The position numbers were made by a program, and so were the translations under genes. A stretch of DNA of 64,000 nt from the NCBI GenBank assembly GCA_965223425.1, contig OZ245003.1, positions 1,152,001 through 1,216,000 of the forward strand. The letters are read 5' to 3'. This DNA comes from Nitrosopumilus sp. (GTDB lineage: Archaea; Thermoproteota; Nitrososphaeria; Nitrososphaerales; Nitrosopumilaceae). Shown piece after piece: positions 1 through 9,501 of this stretch (its first letter is position 1; every line of letters begins with the position of its first letter). The notes under the pieces are model-generated. The model saw only the letters and a list, made by a program, of their open reading frames with translations. It searched no databases and had not been told where the DNA came from.

Positions 1-471
1 ATTGAAATTTCAAACATTGCAGACATTACAGTTGTAGTGTTTAATCCTCATACTGGTGACAGCATTCAAACAATCAAAGCTGGATTGACTGAAATTGGAG
101 ATATCTATCTTGTAAACAAAAGTGATCTCAGCGGAACAAATCAACTATTTGATGCAGTAAGGGACCATATTGGAGACTCGGAACGAAACCCGACAATTCT
201 AAAAACCTCTGTAAAAAAAAATACTGGAATTGCTGTATTTGCAAAAACACTCAAAGAAATGATGAAATCCAAAAAGAAATCTAAAAAAGAAAAAGATCAC
301 AAGCGACTTGAAGCAGAATTAAAGGATATTGTTTTAAATAACATCCAGGAAAAGATCGATGACGTGTCTGATTCTGATAAATTATTTTCAAAATACCTCA
401 AAAAACTGCAGACAAAAAGCATCGATCCATTTGAAGCTGGAGATAAAATTACAAAATCTTTGTTAAAGTGA
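1..471 (+). CDS. meaB: MeaB/ArgK GTPase chaperone of methylmalonyl-CoA mutase (5'-partial)
   Basis: Frame is open from base 1 (IEISNIADITVVVFNPHTGDSIQTIKAG...VNKSD, G4 motif) and lies directly upstream of the mutase. Confidence 0.85.
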   Translation: MEISNIADITVVVFNPHTGDSIQTIKAGLTEIGDIYLVNKSDLSGTNQLFDAVRDHIGDSERNPTILKTSVKKNTGIAVFAKTLKEMMKSKKKSKKEKDHKRLEAELKDIVLNNIQEKIDDVSDSDKLFSKYLKKLQTKSIDPFEAGDKITKSLLK

Positions 472-475
472 TACT

Positions 476-2071
476 ATGGCAACAAAAAAACAAAAGCAAC
501 CTGAAAAGAAAATTTTCACTGACTCTAACTTTCCAGTAAAGCGAATCTATCAAAAATCCTCCAGAAAAAAACCAGTCGAAGATGCAGGACAATACCCGTT
601 CACTCGAGGAATTCACCCTGGAATGTTCCGCGATAGATTTTGGACCATGAGACAATATTCGGGATTCGGTGATGCTAAACTTACCAATGATCGATTCAAA
701 TTCATGCTTGAAAAGGGGCAGACTGGTCTTAGCATGGCATTTGATCTGCCAACACAAATTGGATATGATTCTGACTCTCCGCAAGCTGAAGGTGAAGTAG
801 GCAAAGTTGGCGTTTCCATTACATCAATTAAAGACATGATGACTGCCTTTGATGGCATTCCACTAGGCAAAGTTAGTTCCTCAATGACAATTAACTCTAC
901 TGCATCAACACTGCTTGCATACTATATTGCAGTTGGCAAATCACAGGGATTCAAAAGCCATGAATTGCGAGGAACTACCCAAAATGATATCCTCAAAGAA
1001 TACATTGCAAGAAATACCTACATCTATCCTCCCCAGCCATCAATGCGGTTGATCGGTGATATGATTGGTTATTGTGCAGAAAAAGTGCCTTCTTGGTATC
1101 CCGTGTCAATATCTGGATATCACATGAGAGAGGCCGGTTGCACTGCAACACAGGAAGTTGCGTTCACACTGGCAAATGCTATTGCATACATCCAAACTTG
1201 TCTAGATAAAGGATTAAAGATTGATGACTTTGCACCACGTTTGTCATTTTTCTTTTGTTGCACTATAGAATTCTTTGAAGAAGTTGCAAAGTTTAGAGTT
1301 GCAAGAAAAGTTTACGCTAAAATTCTCAAAGAGATGTTTCATGCAAAAAACCCGCGCTCATTACAGCTAAAATTCCACACTCAAACCAGCGGTGAGTCAT
1401 TAACTGCCCAACAGCCTGATAACAATATTGTTCGTGTTGCAATTCAGACAATGGCTGCAGTTGCCGGCGGTACACAATCTCTTCATACAAACTCCAGAGA
1501 TGAGGCATTGGCACTCCCTACACAAGAATCTGCAAAAATTGCGCTTAGAACGCAGCAAATAGTCGCCCATGAGAGTGGAATTACAAAGACAGCTGATCCA
1601 ATGGCAGGATCTTACTATCTTGAGGAACTATGTGATCAAATTGAGGACGGCGTATGGAAATATCTTAAAAAAATTCAAAAAATGGGCGGCTCTGTCAAAG
1701 CAATAGAAAAAGGATTCTTCCAATCCGAAATAAGAGCAAACGCTTACCGTCTAAAGAAAGAAGCAGATGATGGTGAAAGAATTCTTGTTGGCGTAAACAA
1801 GTATTCTGAAGAAGAAGAGCAACAGCCAGAACTACTTAGAATTGGTGGCAAAGTTGAAACCCAGCAAAAGAAAGCACTCAAGGCATTACGCTCATCTAGG
1901 GACAAAAAGAAATGGGAAAAAGCGTTATCTGCAATGCAAAGCGCAGCTGATACTGATGAAAACCTAATGCCGTACATAGTTACTGCCGCAAAGGCATTTG
2001 CCACCACCGGTGAAATTAGTAGTGCTTTCAGAGAGGTGTTTGGCGAATATCGCCCAAAAGAAGCATTCTAA
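476..2071 (+). CDS. mcmA1: Methylmalonyl-CoA mutase, large (substrate-binding) subunit
   Basis: YPFTRG, WTMRQYSGFG, GTTQNDILKEY, ISGYHMREAG and LHTNSRDEALALP motifs. Confidence 0.96.
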   Translation: MATKKQKQPEKKIFTDSNFPVKRIYQKSSRKKPVEDAGQYPFTRGIHPGMFRDRFWTMRQYSGFGDAKLTNDRFKFMLEKGQTGLSMAFDLPTQIGYDSDSPQAEGEVGKVGVSITSIKDMMTAFDGIPLGKVSSSMTINSTASTLLAYYIAVGKSQGFKSHELRGTTQNDILKEYIARNTYIYPPQPSMRLIGDMIGYCAEKVPSWYPVSISGYHMREAGCTATQEVAFTLANAIAYIQTCLDKGLKIDDFAPRLSFFFCCTIEFFEEVAKFRVARKVYAKILKEMFHAKNPRSLQLKFHTQTSGESLTAQQPDNNIVRVAIQTMAAVAGGTQSLHTNSRDEALALPTQESAKIALRTQQIVAHESGITKTADPMAGSYYLEELCDQIEDGVWKYLKKIQKMGGSVKAIEKGFFQSEIRANAYRLKKEADDGERILVGVNKYSEEEEQQPELLRIGGKVETQQKKALKALRSSRDKKKWEKALSAMQSAADTDENLMPYIVTAAKAFATTGEISSAFREVFGEYRPKEAF

Positions 2072-2356
2072 AATAAGTAAAGACGAGCGTAATGCATTCT
2101 TAATTAAAGCGATCAGTCATTTAATGCCGGGCACCTCTAAAATGAGATGTGCAATCTAGTTACTGTGGAGAAAAACTTTGGAAAATTCCTAAACCTAAAA
2201 CCATTCTTCGCTGTTTCACTAACTATCTTTTCACTAACTGGCAGGTGAGAAAGAATGTTATCTTAATAATTTCATATAAATTTAGACAACAAATTTTAGA
2301 TAATCTAGTTTTTTTCCTGAAATTAATTAAAATAGGCGTAAAACATGCTATAACTC

Positions 2357-2755
2357 ATGAAGATCGACCATATTGCAATCGCGGTAAACGATGTTGAAGA
2401 ATCTGCCAAAACATATCAACAAGCATTAGGTGCTGATAGTGTAGAATTTGAAACAGTTGAAACTGAAGGTGTCAAAGTTGCGATTATTCATCTAGAAAAT
2501 GGACGTGTTGAGTTAATGCAACCAACAAACGATGATAGCCCAATCAAAAAATTTCTAGAAAAAAAAGGCCAAGGACTACACCACATGGCACTAGAAACTG
2601 GCAACATTGAAGGCGAGGTAGAAAGAATGGAAGGGTGCGGTATTCAGTTCTTAGGAAAAATAAGGCCTGGCTCTGCAGGAACCAAAGTTACTTTCATCCA
2701 TCCAAAATCACTTCATGGCGTATTGGCAGAACTTTGCTCTCATCCTAAAGAATAA
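2357..2755 (+). CDS. mce: Methylmalonyl-CoA epimerase
   Basis: IDHIAIAV, GLHHMALE and FIHPKS..GVLAEL motifs; next to mcm. Confidence 0.93.
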   Translation: MKIDHIAIAVNDVEESAKTYQQALGADSVEFETVETEGVKVAIIHLENGRVELMQPTNDDSPIKKFLEKKGQGLHHMALETGNIEGEVERMEGCGIQFLGKIRPGSAGTKVTFIHPKSLHGVLAELCSHPKE

Positions 2756-3313
2756 CTATTCCATCATCTTCAAAGTATCCGAAGCTGTGATAATTCCGAC
2801 AATTTTGGATTTCTTTGAAACAAGAATGCATTTTGAGTATCTAATTAACGGCACAAGCACATTTGCTGGAGTATCAAAATCCACTATTGGTGGGATTGGA
2901 TCCATGGTGTCTGCTAGTTTGGCTTTTTTGAGTTCTGCCTCTCCAATGTCTGCTAGATGCTTTACAATTCCGTCTTCAGATACCACTCCAACAATTTCTG
3001 AATTATTAAAAACAGGAATCTGACTAATTGATAGCTGGTGCATCTTTTTTATTGCATCGTGAAGTGTATTTGCTGGCCTTAGTTTTACAATATCTTTACT
3101 ACAAAAATCCCCCGCAATGTGTGATGATGACTCGCCCTCTAATTTTGCAAGACTCTCAAAAATTTTCTTTGCTGTATCGTAACTTGGTTGACTGCGCCCT
3201 GACTCTATCTGGTTAATCATTGATGTGCTAACTTCTGTCATTGCAGCCAGTTTTTTCTGTGTAATTCCAATTTTTTGTCGTATCTGTTTGATTGAATCAA
3301 TTCTGGGCAACAT
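2756..3313 (-). CDS. XRE-type HTH plus CBS-pair transcriptional regulator
   Basis: N-terminal HTH_3 (GITQKKLA...INQIESGRSQPS) followed by two CBS domains. Confidence 0.9.
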   Translation of the reverse strand: MLPRIDSIKQIRQKIGITQKKLAAMTEVSTSMINQIESGRSQPSYDTAKKIFESLAKLEGESSSHIAGDFCSKDIVKLRPANTLHDAIKKMHQLSISQIPVFNNSEIVGVVSEDGIVKHLADIGEAELKKAKLADTMDPIPPIVDFDTPANVLVPLIRYSKCILVSKKSKIVGIITASDTLKMME

Positions 3314-3316
3314 CTT

Positions 3317-3709
3317 CTACAATCCTCCTCCGGGAATTTCACCTAACTCTATTTCATATCCACTGGGATCTACAATATACACTGATTTTGATTTCTCCCA
3401 ATCTATGGGGCCGCCATAAAGTATTTCCACATCAAATTCTTTACATTTTCCTGTTATCTCATCAAAATTTGCAACATTGAATCCAAAGTGAGCAATTCCT
3501 CCCTCCGGTGACATATCTGGGACCTCGTACAAGCAAAGCTTGATTGAATCATTGCCAATAATTTTTGATGGCACATCTGTTTTATTTGGATTCTCTTCCT
3601 GCTTTACCTCAAAACCAAAAAGATTTTTGTAAAACTCCACACTTTGCTCCAAATTCTTGACTTTCATATTCACATGATCAATTGATGCAGCCTTGAGAAA
3701 TTCGCCCAC
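3317..3709 (-). CDS. VOC/glyoxalase family protein
   Basis: IDHVNMKV..LEQSVEFY, HFGF and YIVDPSGYEIEL motifs. Confidence 0.88.
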   Translation of the reverse strand: MGEFLKAASIDHVNMKVKNLEQSVEFYKNLFGFEVKQEENPNKTDVPSKIIGNDSIKLCLYEVPDMSPEGGIAHFGFNVANFDEITGKCKEFDVEILYGGPIDWEKSKSVYIVDPSGYEIELGEIPGGGL

Positions 3710-3739
3710 GCATTTCTTGGGATATTATAGATATTTAGT

Positions 3740-6400
3740 CTAGCGTTTTTTCTTTTTGGGCTGCTCAATTGCAGCCTGTGCAGCTGCGACAATTGCGATT
3801 GGAATTCTGTGCGGTGACGCACTAACATAACTAAGACCTGCATCATGGCAAAATTTGATAGATATTGGATCTCCGCCGTGCTCGCCACAAATACCAATCT
3901 CCATATTTGGTCTGGCTTTACGTCCATAATCAATGCCGATCTTCATGAGACTGCCAACACCATTAACGTCAATTGATTGAAATGGGCTTCTTTCAAGTAA
4001 CTCTTTTTCCATGTATTCTGGAAGGAATTTCCCTTCCACATCTTCCCTGCTAAAGCTAAATGTTCCCTGTGTGAGATCATTTGTGCCAAAACTAAAGAAT
4101 TCGGCAGTACTTACAAGCTCATTTGCAGTTAATGCAGCTCTTACCACTTCAATCATAGTTCCAAAGTTGATCTTTAGTTTCATTTTATGCTTTGACTCCA
4201 TCTCTTTTTTGATAGAATCATAAATTTTCTTAATGTGGTTTAGCTCGGCAATACTGCTAATTTGTGGAATCATTATTTGTGGATGGGCATTTACTTTTTT
4301 CCTTGTTAATTCAACTAATGCCTCAAAGACTGCACGAATTTGCATCTCATAAATTTCTGGATATGTTATGCCCACTCTTACCCCCCTGTGCCCCATCATC
4401 GGATTAACTTCGGCAAGCTCTTTTGCTCTTTTCAGAATGATTTTTGCTTCTTTGATCTCGCTGGTTGCTTTCTTTAACTCTAATTTGTGAATCTTTTCAG
4501 ACAATTCTTCAGGATTTGGCAGGAATTCATGTAATGGCGGATCCAGTAGTCTTATTGTTACTTCGTACCCCTCCATTGCATTTAGAATTTCAATAAAATC
4601 ACTCTTTTGTAGCTGGCCTAGTTTTTTTAGAACTTTGGATCTTTCTTCAATGTTTTTGGCCATTATCATGTCTACAAACAAGCCGATTCTGTCTTTTCCA
4701 TTGAACATTCTTTCAGTTCTACACAAGCCAATTCCCTGGCCACCAAACCCTCTTGCGAGTTTTGCACCTTCTGGCGTGTCTGCATTTGCCCTGATTCCAA
4801 TTTTCTTTGCTTTTTGGGCCCATTCCAAAATTTGTTTAAAGTCTGAAGTTATTTTTGGCTCTATTGTTGGAATGTCCCCGATGTATATGATGCCAGAACT
4901 TCCATCAATTGTTATGGCATCTCCTTCTCGAAGCGTGTTTCCATCAACATTACACTGTTTCTCATCGTAATTTATTTTCAAATCGGCGCATCCTACAATG
5001 CATGGCTTGCCCATTCCTCTGGCAACAACTGCAGCATGGGATGTTTTGCCCCCTCTGCTGGTTAGAATTCCTACGGATTCAAAAAACGCTGGAACATCTT
5101 CGGGCTTTGTTTCTTCTCTAATCAGAATCACTTTGACACCATTCTCTCCCATTGCAGTTGCCCTTTTAACATCAAAGACGGCAATTCCGCTTGCCGCACC
5201 AGGCGATGCTGCAATTCCTTTTGCTAGTTGTGTATAGTTTTTGATGGCATTTGGATCAATTGTTCTGTGTAATAACTGTTCTAATTGTTCTGCTTGAAGT
5301 CTAGTTAGCGCCCTGTTTTTATCGATTAATTTTTCTTTGACCATGTCAACTGACGTTTTTACCATTCCAACTGCGTTCATCTTTGCATTTCTTGTTTGAA
5401 GTAAGTAGAACTTGCCTTGCTCAATTGTAAATTCAATATCTTGCGGTTCTTTGTAGTGTTTTTCTAACCTTTCACAAGTTTTTGCCAATTGTTTATATGA
5501 TTCAGGTAGTTCCTTTTTCATTTGGTCTACCTGCCTTCCTGTCCTTACGCCAGCTACAACATCTTCTCCCTGAGCGTTAATCAAATATTCGCCATAAATG
5601 TGGCGTGAACCATCTCCTGGATTTCTTGTAAATACAACACCTGTTGCACTACCATCACCCATGTTGCCAAATGCCATGGAAACAATATTTACTGCAGTAC
5701 CATCTGCGATATCTTTTGTAATGTTGTTTCTCTCTCTGTATACTATTGCCCTTTCCCCCATCCAGCTATCAAAAACTGCTTTTATTGCAAGTTCAACTTG
5801 CTCAGTAGGGTCTGTTGGAAATTTCCTCCCAGCATGCTTGTCACAGATCTGCTTGTATTGCCCCACAATTTTTTTTAAAGATTTTTCATTTAAATCACTG
5901 TCTAGTGTTACATTTTGTTTTTTCTTTGTATCATCTAAAACAACATCAAATTTTTTATCATCAACTCCAAAAACCACCTTTCCAAAAAGTTGGATAAATC
6001 TTCTGTAAGAATCCCATGCAAATCTGGGATTGTTGCTTTTCTCAGCTAAACCTAATACTGTCTGATCGTTTAGTCCTAGATTCAAAATGGTATCCATCAT
6101 ACCTGGCATGGAAATCACCGCTCCTGATCTTACTGATACCAATAATGGATTTAATTTAGAATTCCATTTTTTCCCAGATCTTTTCTCTATTTTTGCAATA
6201 TTTTTTTTGACATCGGCCATCAAAGTTTTTGGTAGTCTTTTGTTATTTTCATAATATTTTTTACATACTTCAGTTGTAATTGTAAATCCTGGTGGTACCG
6301 GTAACTTTAATCTGGTCATTTCACACAGACCTGCCCCTTTCCCACCTAGAATCTTCTTGTTTTTACCGTCGCCTTCGTCAAAAAAGTAAACCTGTTTCAT
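3740..6400 (-). CDS. ppdK: Pyruvate, phosphate dikinase
   Basis: LGGKGAGL, SVRSGA..SMPGMMDT, GGKTSHAAVVARG (phospho-His), FSFGTNDL and GICGEHGG motifs. Confidence 0.97.
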   Translation of the reverse strand: MKQVYFFDEGDGKNKKILGGKGAGLCEMTRLKLPVPPGFTITTEVCKKYYENNKRLPKTLMADVKKNIAKIEKRSGKKWNSKLNPLLVSVRSGAVISMPGMMDTILNLGLNDQTVLGLAEKSNNPRFAWDSYRRFIQLFGKVVFGVDDKKFDVVLDDTKKKQNVTLDSDLNEKSLKKIVGQYKQICDKHAGRKFPTDPTEQVELAIKAVFDSWMGERAIVYRERNNITKDIADGTAVNIVSMAFGNMGDGSATGVVFTRNPGDGSRHIYGEYLINAQGEDVVAGVRTGRQVDQMKKELPESYKQLAKTCERLEKHYKEPQDIEFTIEQGKFYLLQTRNAKMNAVGMVKTSVDMVKEKLIDKNRALTRLQAEQLEQLLHRTIDPNAIKNYTQLAKGIAASPGAASGIAVFDVKRATAMGENGVKVILIREETKPEDVPAFFESVGILTSRGGKTSHAAVVARGMGKPCIVGCADLKINYDEKQCNVDGNTLREGDAITIDGSSGIIYIGDIPTIEPKITSDFKQILEWAQKAKKIGIRANADTPEGAKLARGFGGQGIGLCRTERMFNGKDRIGLFVDMIMAKNIEERSKVLKKLGQLQKSDFIEILNAMEGYEVTIRLLDPPLHEFLPNPEELSEKIHKLELKKATSEIKEAKIILKRAKELAEVNPMMGHRGVRVGITYPEIYEMQIRAVFEALVELTRKKVNAHPQIMIPQISSIAELNHIKKIYDSIKKEMESKHKMKLKINFGTMIEVVRAALTANELVSTAEFFSFGTNDLTQGTFSFSREDVEGKFLPEYMEKELLERSPFQSIDVNGVGSLMKIGIDYGRKARPNMEIGICGEHGGDPISIKFCHDAGLSYVSASPHRIPIAIVAAAQAAIEQPKKKKR

Positions 6401-6559
6401 TTTTACGATTAATCCTTCATTTTTGGATAATTGATTTAATAAAAATCATACATTTCATGCCCAGATTTACATGCTCTTCAAAGAATTAACCTCTTTATGC
6501 TGTTTAGTATGCGGGGTCTGTCCAAATTATTGCAAGCTAGAGACATGATAAATTTTATC

Positions 6560-6677
6560 GGCTCTGGCCACTTTTGGTGATCTAGGTAACTAACTGCCCA
6601 AAAGTGAGCAACATCAGATCCCAAACAACCCTGCTATTTGATTCTGGTGATCTGGATTCCCTAAATTGACTAGAGCC
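6560..6677. mobile_element. Putative ~118-bp MITE
   Basis: Left end GGCTCTGGCCACTTTTGG versus reverse complement of the right end GGCTCTAGTCAATTTAGG; the ends resemble the 47-bp elements at 29214 and 57336. No TSD seen. Confidence 0.5.
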
Positions 6678-6873
6678 AAGAATCATTCCAGAGAGTAATT
6701 TTTTCCAAAACCAGCCATGCCAACTATTTGGAGTATTGCGTTCATCTAAGTAATCTTATGTGCCCCGATCAAGGAAATCAGATGATAAGAGTGGTTCTGG
6801 TTCAGAAAACAGAGCCGGTACTGCAAGGATCAGAAATGCAAACAAACACACAACCCCAGATCCGAGGATATGC

Positions 6874-7913
6874 ATGTCAGCTGTCTTTGTCGGCCTGGAT
6901 GTCCACAAGAAGACCATCCAGATGTCAGTCATGGATGAAAACGGCGAGGAACTGCTCAACAAAGAGATAGCAAACACAGCCGAAGACATCAGGTACAACA
7001 TAGGCTGTTTGCACAAGGACTCTAAGCTTGTGATGGAATCCTCGTCTGTTGGAAGGCGCCGTTCTTTCAGACAAGAGACGAGCTAAGCATGGACGTGTCG
7101 CTGTCAAACCCGTACACCACCAAGCTCATAGCAGAGTCCAAAAAGAATACTGACAAGGTGGATGCCAGAATTCTGGCAGACATGCACAGGGGAGGATACA
7201 TAGTATCGTGCCACGTACCCACGTTGCAGAACATGAACAACAGGGACCTGGTGAATTACCGGCACAACCTGGTACGCCACAGGACAGGACTGAAGAACTC
7301 CATACACGGCATACTGCTGCAGAGATCGATTCGGCCTGACGGCAAGCCGTTTTGCGGGCCATGGATTGCGCAGGTTCGAAAGATAAGCGACTATAGGATA
7401 GACTCGTACCTGGACACGATAAACAGCATAAACGACAAGATACTCCAGTCAGATGCAAGGGTGCGCCAGGCAGCAAAGGAGAACGAGGATGCAACTCTGC
7501 TGCAGACCGTTCCGGGTGTCGGGGCATACTCTGCACTGGTCATTGCATGTACAATAGACGGCATAGGAAGGTTCGTCAACTCGCACAAGCTGTGCTCTTA
7601 TGTCGGCGTTGTTCCGTCTGTGAGATCCTCCGGCGAGTCCGTGCACTATGGACACATAACGCACCATGGAAGCAGCATATGCAGGTGGGTTCTGACAGAG
7701 TGCGTCTTGTCGCATGTAAGGTATGCGCCAGAGTCTGACATTTCGATATTCTACAAGAGGCTTGCAAAGAGGAGGGGCAAGGGACGTGCATCAGTGGCTG
7801 CTGCCTCAAAGCTGCTGCGAGTCATTTACCGTATGCTCAAGGAGAGAAGGGCGTTTGTTACAAATTACAGTCAGGATGCCAATTGCGATGAACTCGTTGA
7901 GGGACAGACCTAG
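6874..7913 (+). pseudogene. IS110-family (DEDD) transposase with a 1-nt frameshift at ~7050
   Basis: VGLDVHK, VMESS, NTDKVDA, TVPGVG and SYVGVVPSVRSSG motifs. A -1 shift at GTT/GGA restores ESSSV-WKAPFFQTRDELSMDVSLSNP. Confidence 0.9.
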
Positions 7914-8120
7914 TAGTCTGTATGCCTCGCCTTGTAATTGCATTATACCCTGATAAAAGAATGGAGAATGATACTGAGGGATTGCCTCTGTGATTGCCTC
8001 GGATGGATAACTGTTCGCCTCTTTGTTGTCTTGGGCCTTTGCGGTCTGGAAATAATCCTAGCTTGTGCCGTACCTGTCAGGATGAAAAATGTTGGGAATT
8101 CTTATAAGGATGGCACATGG

Positions 8121-8200
8121 ATATGAGTTCACCTACTCTGCGTAAACAACACAAATTCCGTAAAATTCGCGCCTATTTGTAAGGGGACGTGAACTCGTAC
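8121..8200. mobile_element. 80-bp MITE-like unit forming the right end of the composite
   Basis: ATATGAGTTCAC versus reverse complement of the right end GTACGAGTTCAC (10/12 match); repeated at 52072-52151. Confidence 0.55.
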
Positions 8201-8248
8201 TCATCTAACTAGAGAATCTTTATTACAGATGTATTGTAATCCGTCTTA

Positions 8249-8350
8249 TTGTCAAAAGAGATCAAATGCCCGTATTGTAATTCTATATTTGACAACAGTC
8301 CTGACTATAACAGGCACATTGACAAAGTTCACAACAACTCTCTGACTTGA
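8249..8350 (+). CDS. Small C2H2 zinc-finger protein (33 aa, below the ORF-track cutoff)
   Basis: Hand translation MSKEIKCPYCNSIFDNSPDYNRHIDKVHNNSLT gives CxxC-x12-H-x4-H. Confidence 0.7.
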   Translation: MSKEIKCPYCNSIFDNSPDYNRHIDKVHNNSLT

Positions 8351-8511
8351 GATCCATGCTTGTAATTTTTTCAGAAGTTTTCTCTCTGAAATTTTATCTT
8401 TCTGACACTCTCTCTGAAATTAATCCGATTGAATTTGATTTGAGGTGCTTCGTCTCTTATGCTGTCTGATTTCCCTTTCTTTGTATTCACATATAGTGTT
8501 ACCAGAACCAC

Positions 8512-9168
8512 CTAAACCATCGCTCTGGCAAATTCAGATATTGCACTACTCCAATCTTTGGATTTGACAATCCCGCTTGCGACAAGAATTCCTCTGGAAC
8601 CTAGCTCAACTGCTTTTTCTACGTCTTCTCCAGAGACAATTCCTGCACCGCAAAGCAACCTTGTTTTATTCCCTGCACTCTTCACTGCACTTGAGGCTTT
8701 TGTGATCAGTTCAGGTTTCTCTTTTGACACTGCCTTTCCTGAGCCGATTAGCTCTGGAGGCTCTATTGCAATATAATCTGGTTCAAGTTTTGCATATCTT
8801 CGCGCCTCTGCGACATCTTTTACACATACAATTGACATCATTTTCAATTCTTTTAATTTTAAAACTGCCCTCTTGACCTCATTGCTTGAAACCCTGTGTT
8901 CGCTGTGGTTGATCAAGGAACCTCTTACTCTGGATTTTTTTAGCAATTCTGGAATCATAAAACCTGTTGTGCTTCCAACCCCTGAACCATCTATGTGCTG
9001 GGCTAAGATGGGGATTGAACTGCCTGCAACTACTCCGATTAGATGCTGTGGCGGCGCTATTGCAATCTTTACCCTGAATCTTCTGGAAATTCTTTCTGCT
9101 GTTCTTACAAGTTTGATGATCTTATCTCCTGCGACCTCTTCATAATTTTTACAGTTTATTACAAACAT
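8512..9168 (-). CDS. tpiA: Triosephosphate isomerase (archaeal type)
   Basis: INCKNY, LINHSEHR, AIEPPELIGSG, LCGAGI and GILVASG motifs. Confidence 0.96.
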   Translation of the reverse strand: MFVINCKNYEEVAGDKIIKLVRTAERISRRFRVKIAIAPPQHLIGVVAGSSIPILAQHIDGSGVGSTTGFMIPELLKKSRVRGSLINHSEHRVSSNEVKRAVLKLKELKMMSIVCVKDVAEARRYAKLEPDYIAIEPPELIGSGKAVSKEKPELITKASSAVKSAGNKTRLLCGAGIVSGEDVEKAVELGSRGILVASGIVKSKDWSSAISEFARAMV

Positions 9169-9208
9169 TCTCTTGGATATTCCTGCACCTATTTAATCTC
9201 TGATTAGA

Positions 9209-9493
9209 TTAATTTTTTTGCAACTGTCTGTCGTACCTTCTCTTCATTCCAAGAACAATCATCATAAGAACAATTGCTGCCAAATTCGTGCCTACGACAA
9301 ACACATCTGATATGATGATTCCATAAATCAGCCACAAGATCGCTCCAGCAGAGATAAAGATCATCAAAAATCTTGAGATATCTTTTAGACTCTTTGTTTT
9401 GTATCCTTTGTATATTTGCTCAACCCACCCGGTTAGAATTAAAATTCCAGCTGCGGTTCCTAATAATGTCAGTAGAATCCCGTCAACTTCCAT
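9209..9493 (-). CDS. SemiSWEET/PQ-loop family membrane protein
   Basis: Three hydrophobic helices with QIYKGYKTKSLKDIS and LWLIYG motifs. Confidence 0.8.
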   Translation of the reverse strand: MEVDGILLTLLGTAAGILILTGWVEQIYKGYKTKSLKDISRFLMIFISAGAILWLIYGIIISDVFVVGTNLAAIVLMMIVLGMKRRYDRQLQKN

Positions 9494-9501
9494 ATTTCAC
9501 G

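Larger units (their letters stand above)
6750..8200 (+). mobile_element. Composite element with IS66-like ends (GTA...TAC) and 8-bp TSD carrying a frameshifted IS110 transposase, copy 1
   Basis: TCATCTAA is duplicated at 6742-6749 and 8201-8208. A near-identical copy with the same ends lies at 49557-52151. Confidence 0.85.

Noticed and set aside
6728-8126. Many short overlapping or antisense ORFs within IS copies and opposite core genes throughout the window
   Set aside because: Shadow ORFs of GC-richer transposases or of well-supported genes, with no motifs.
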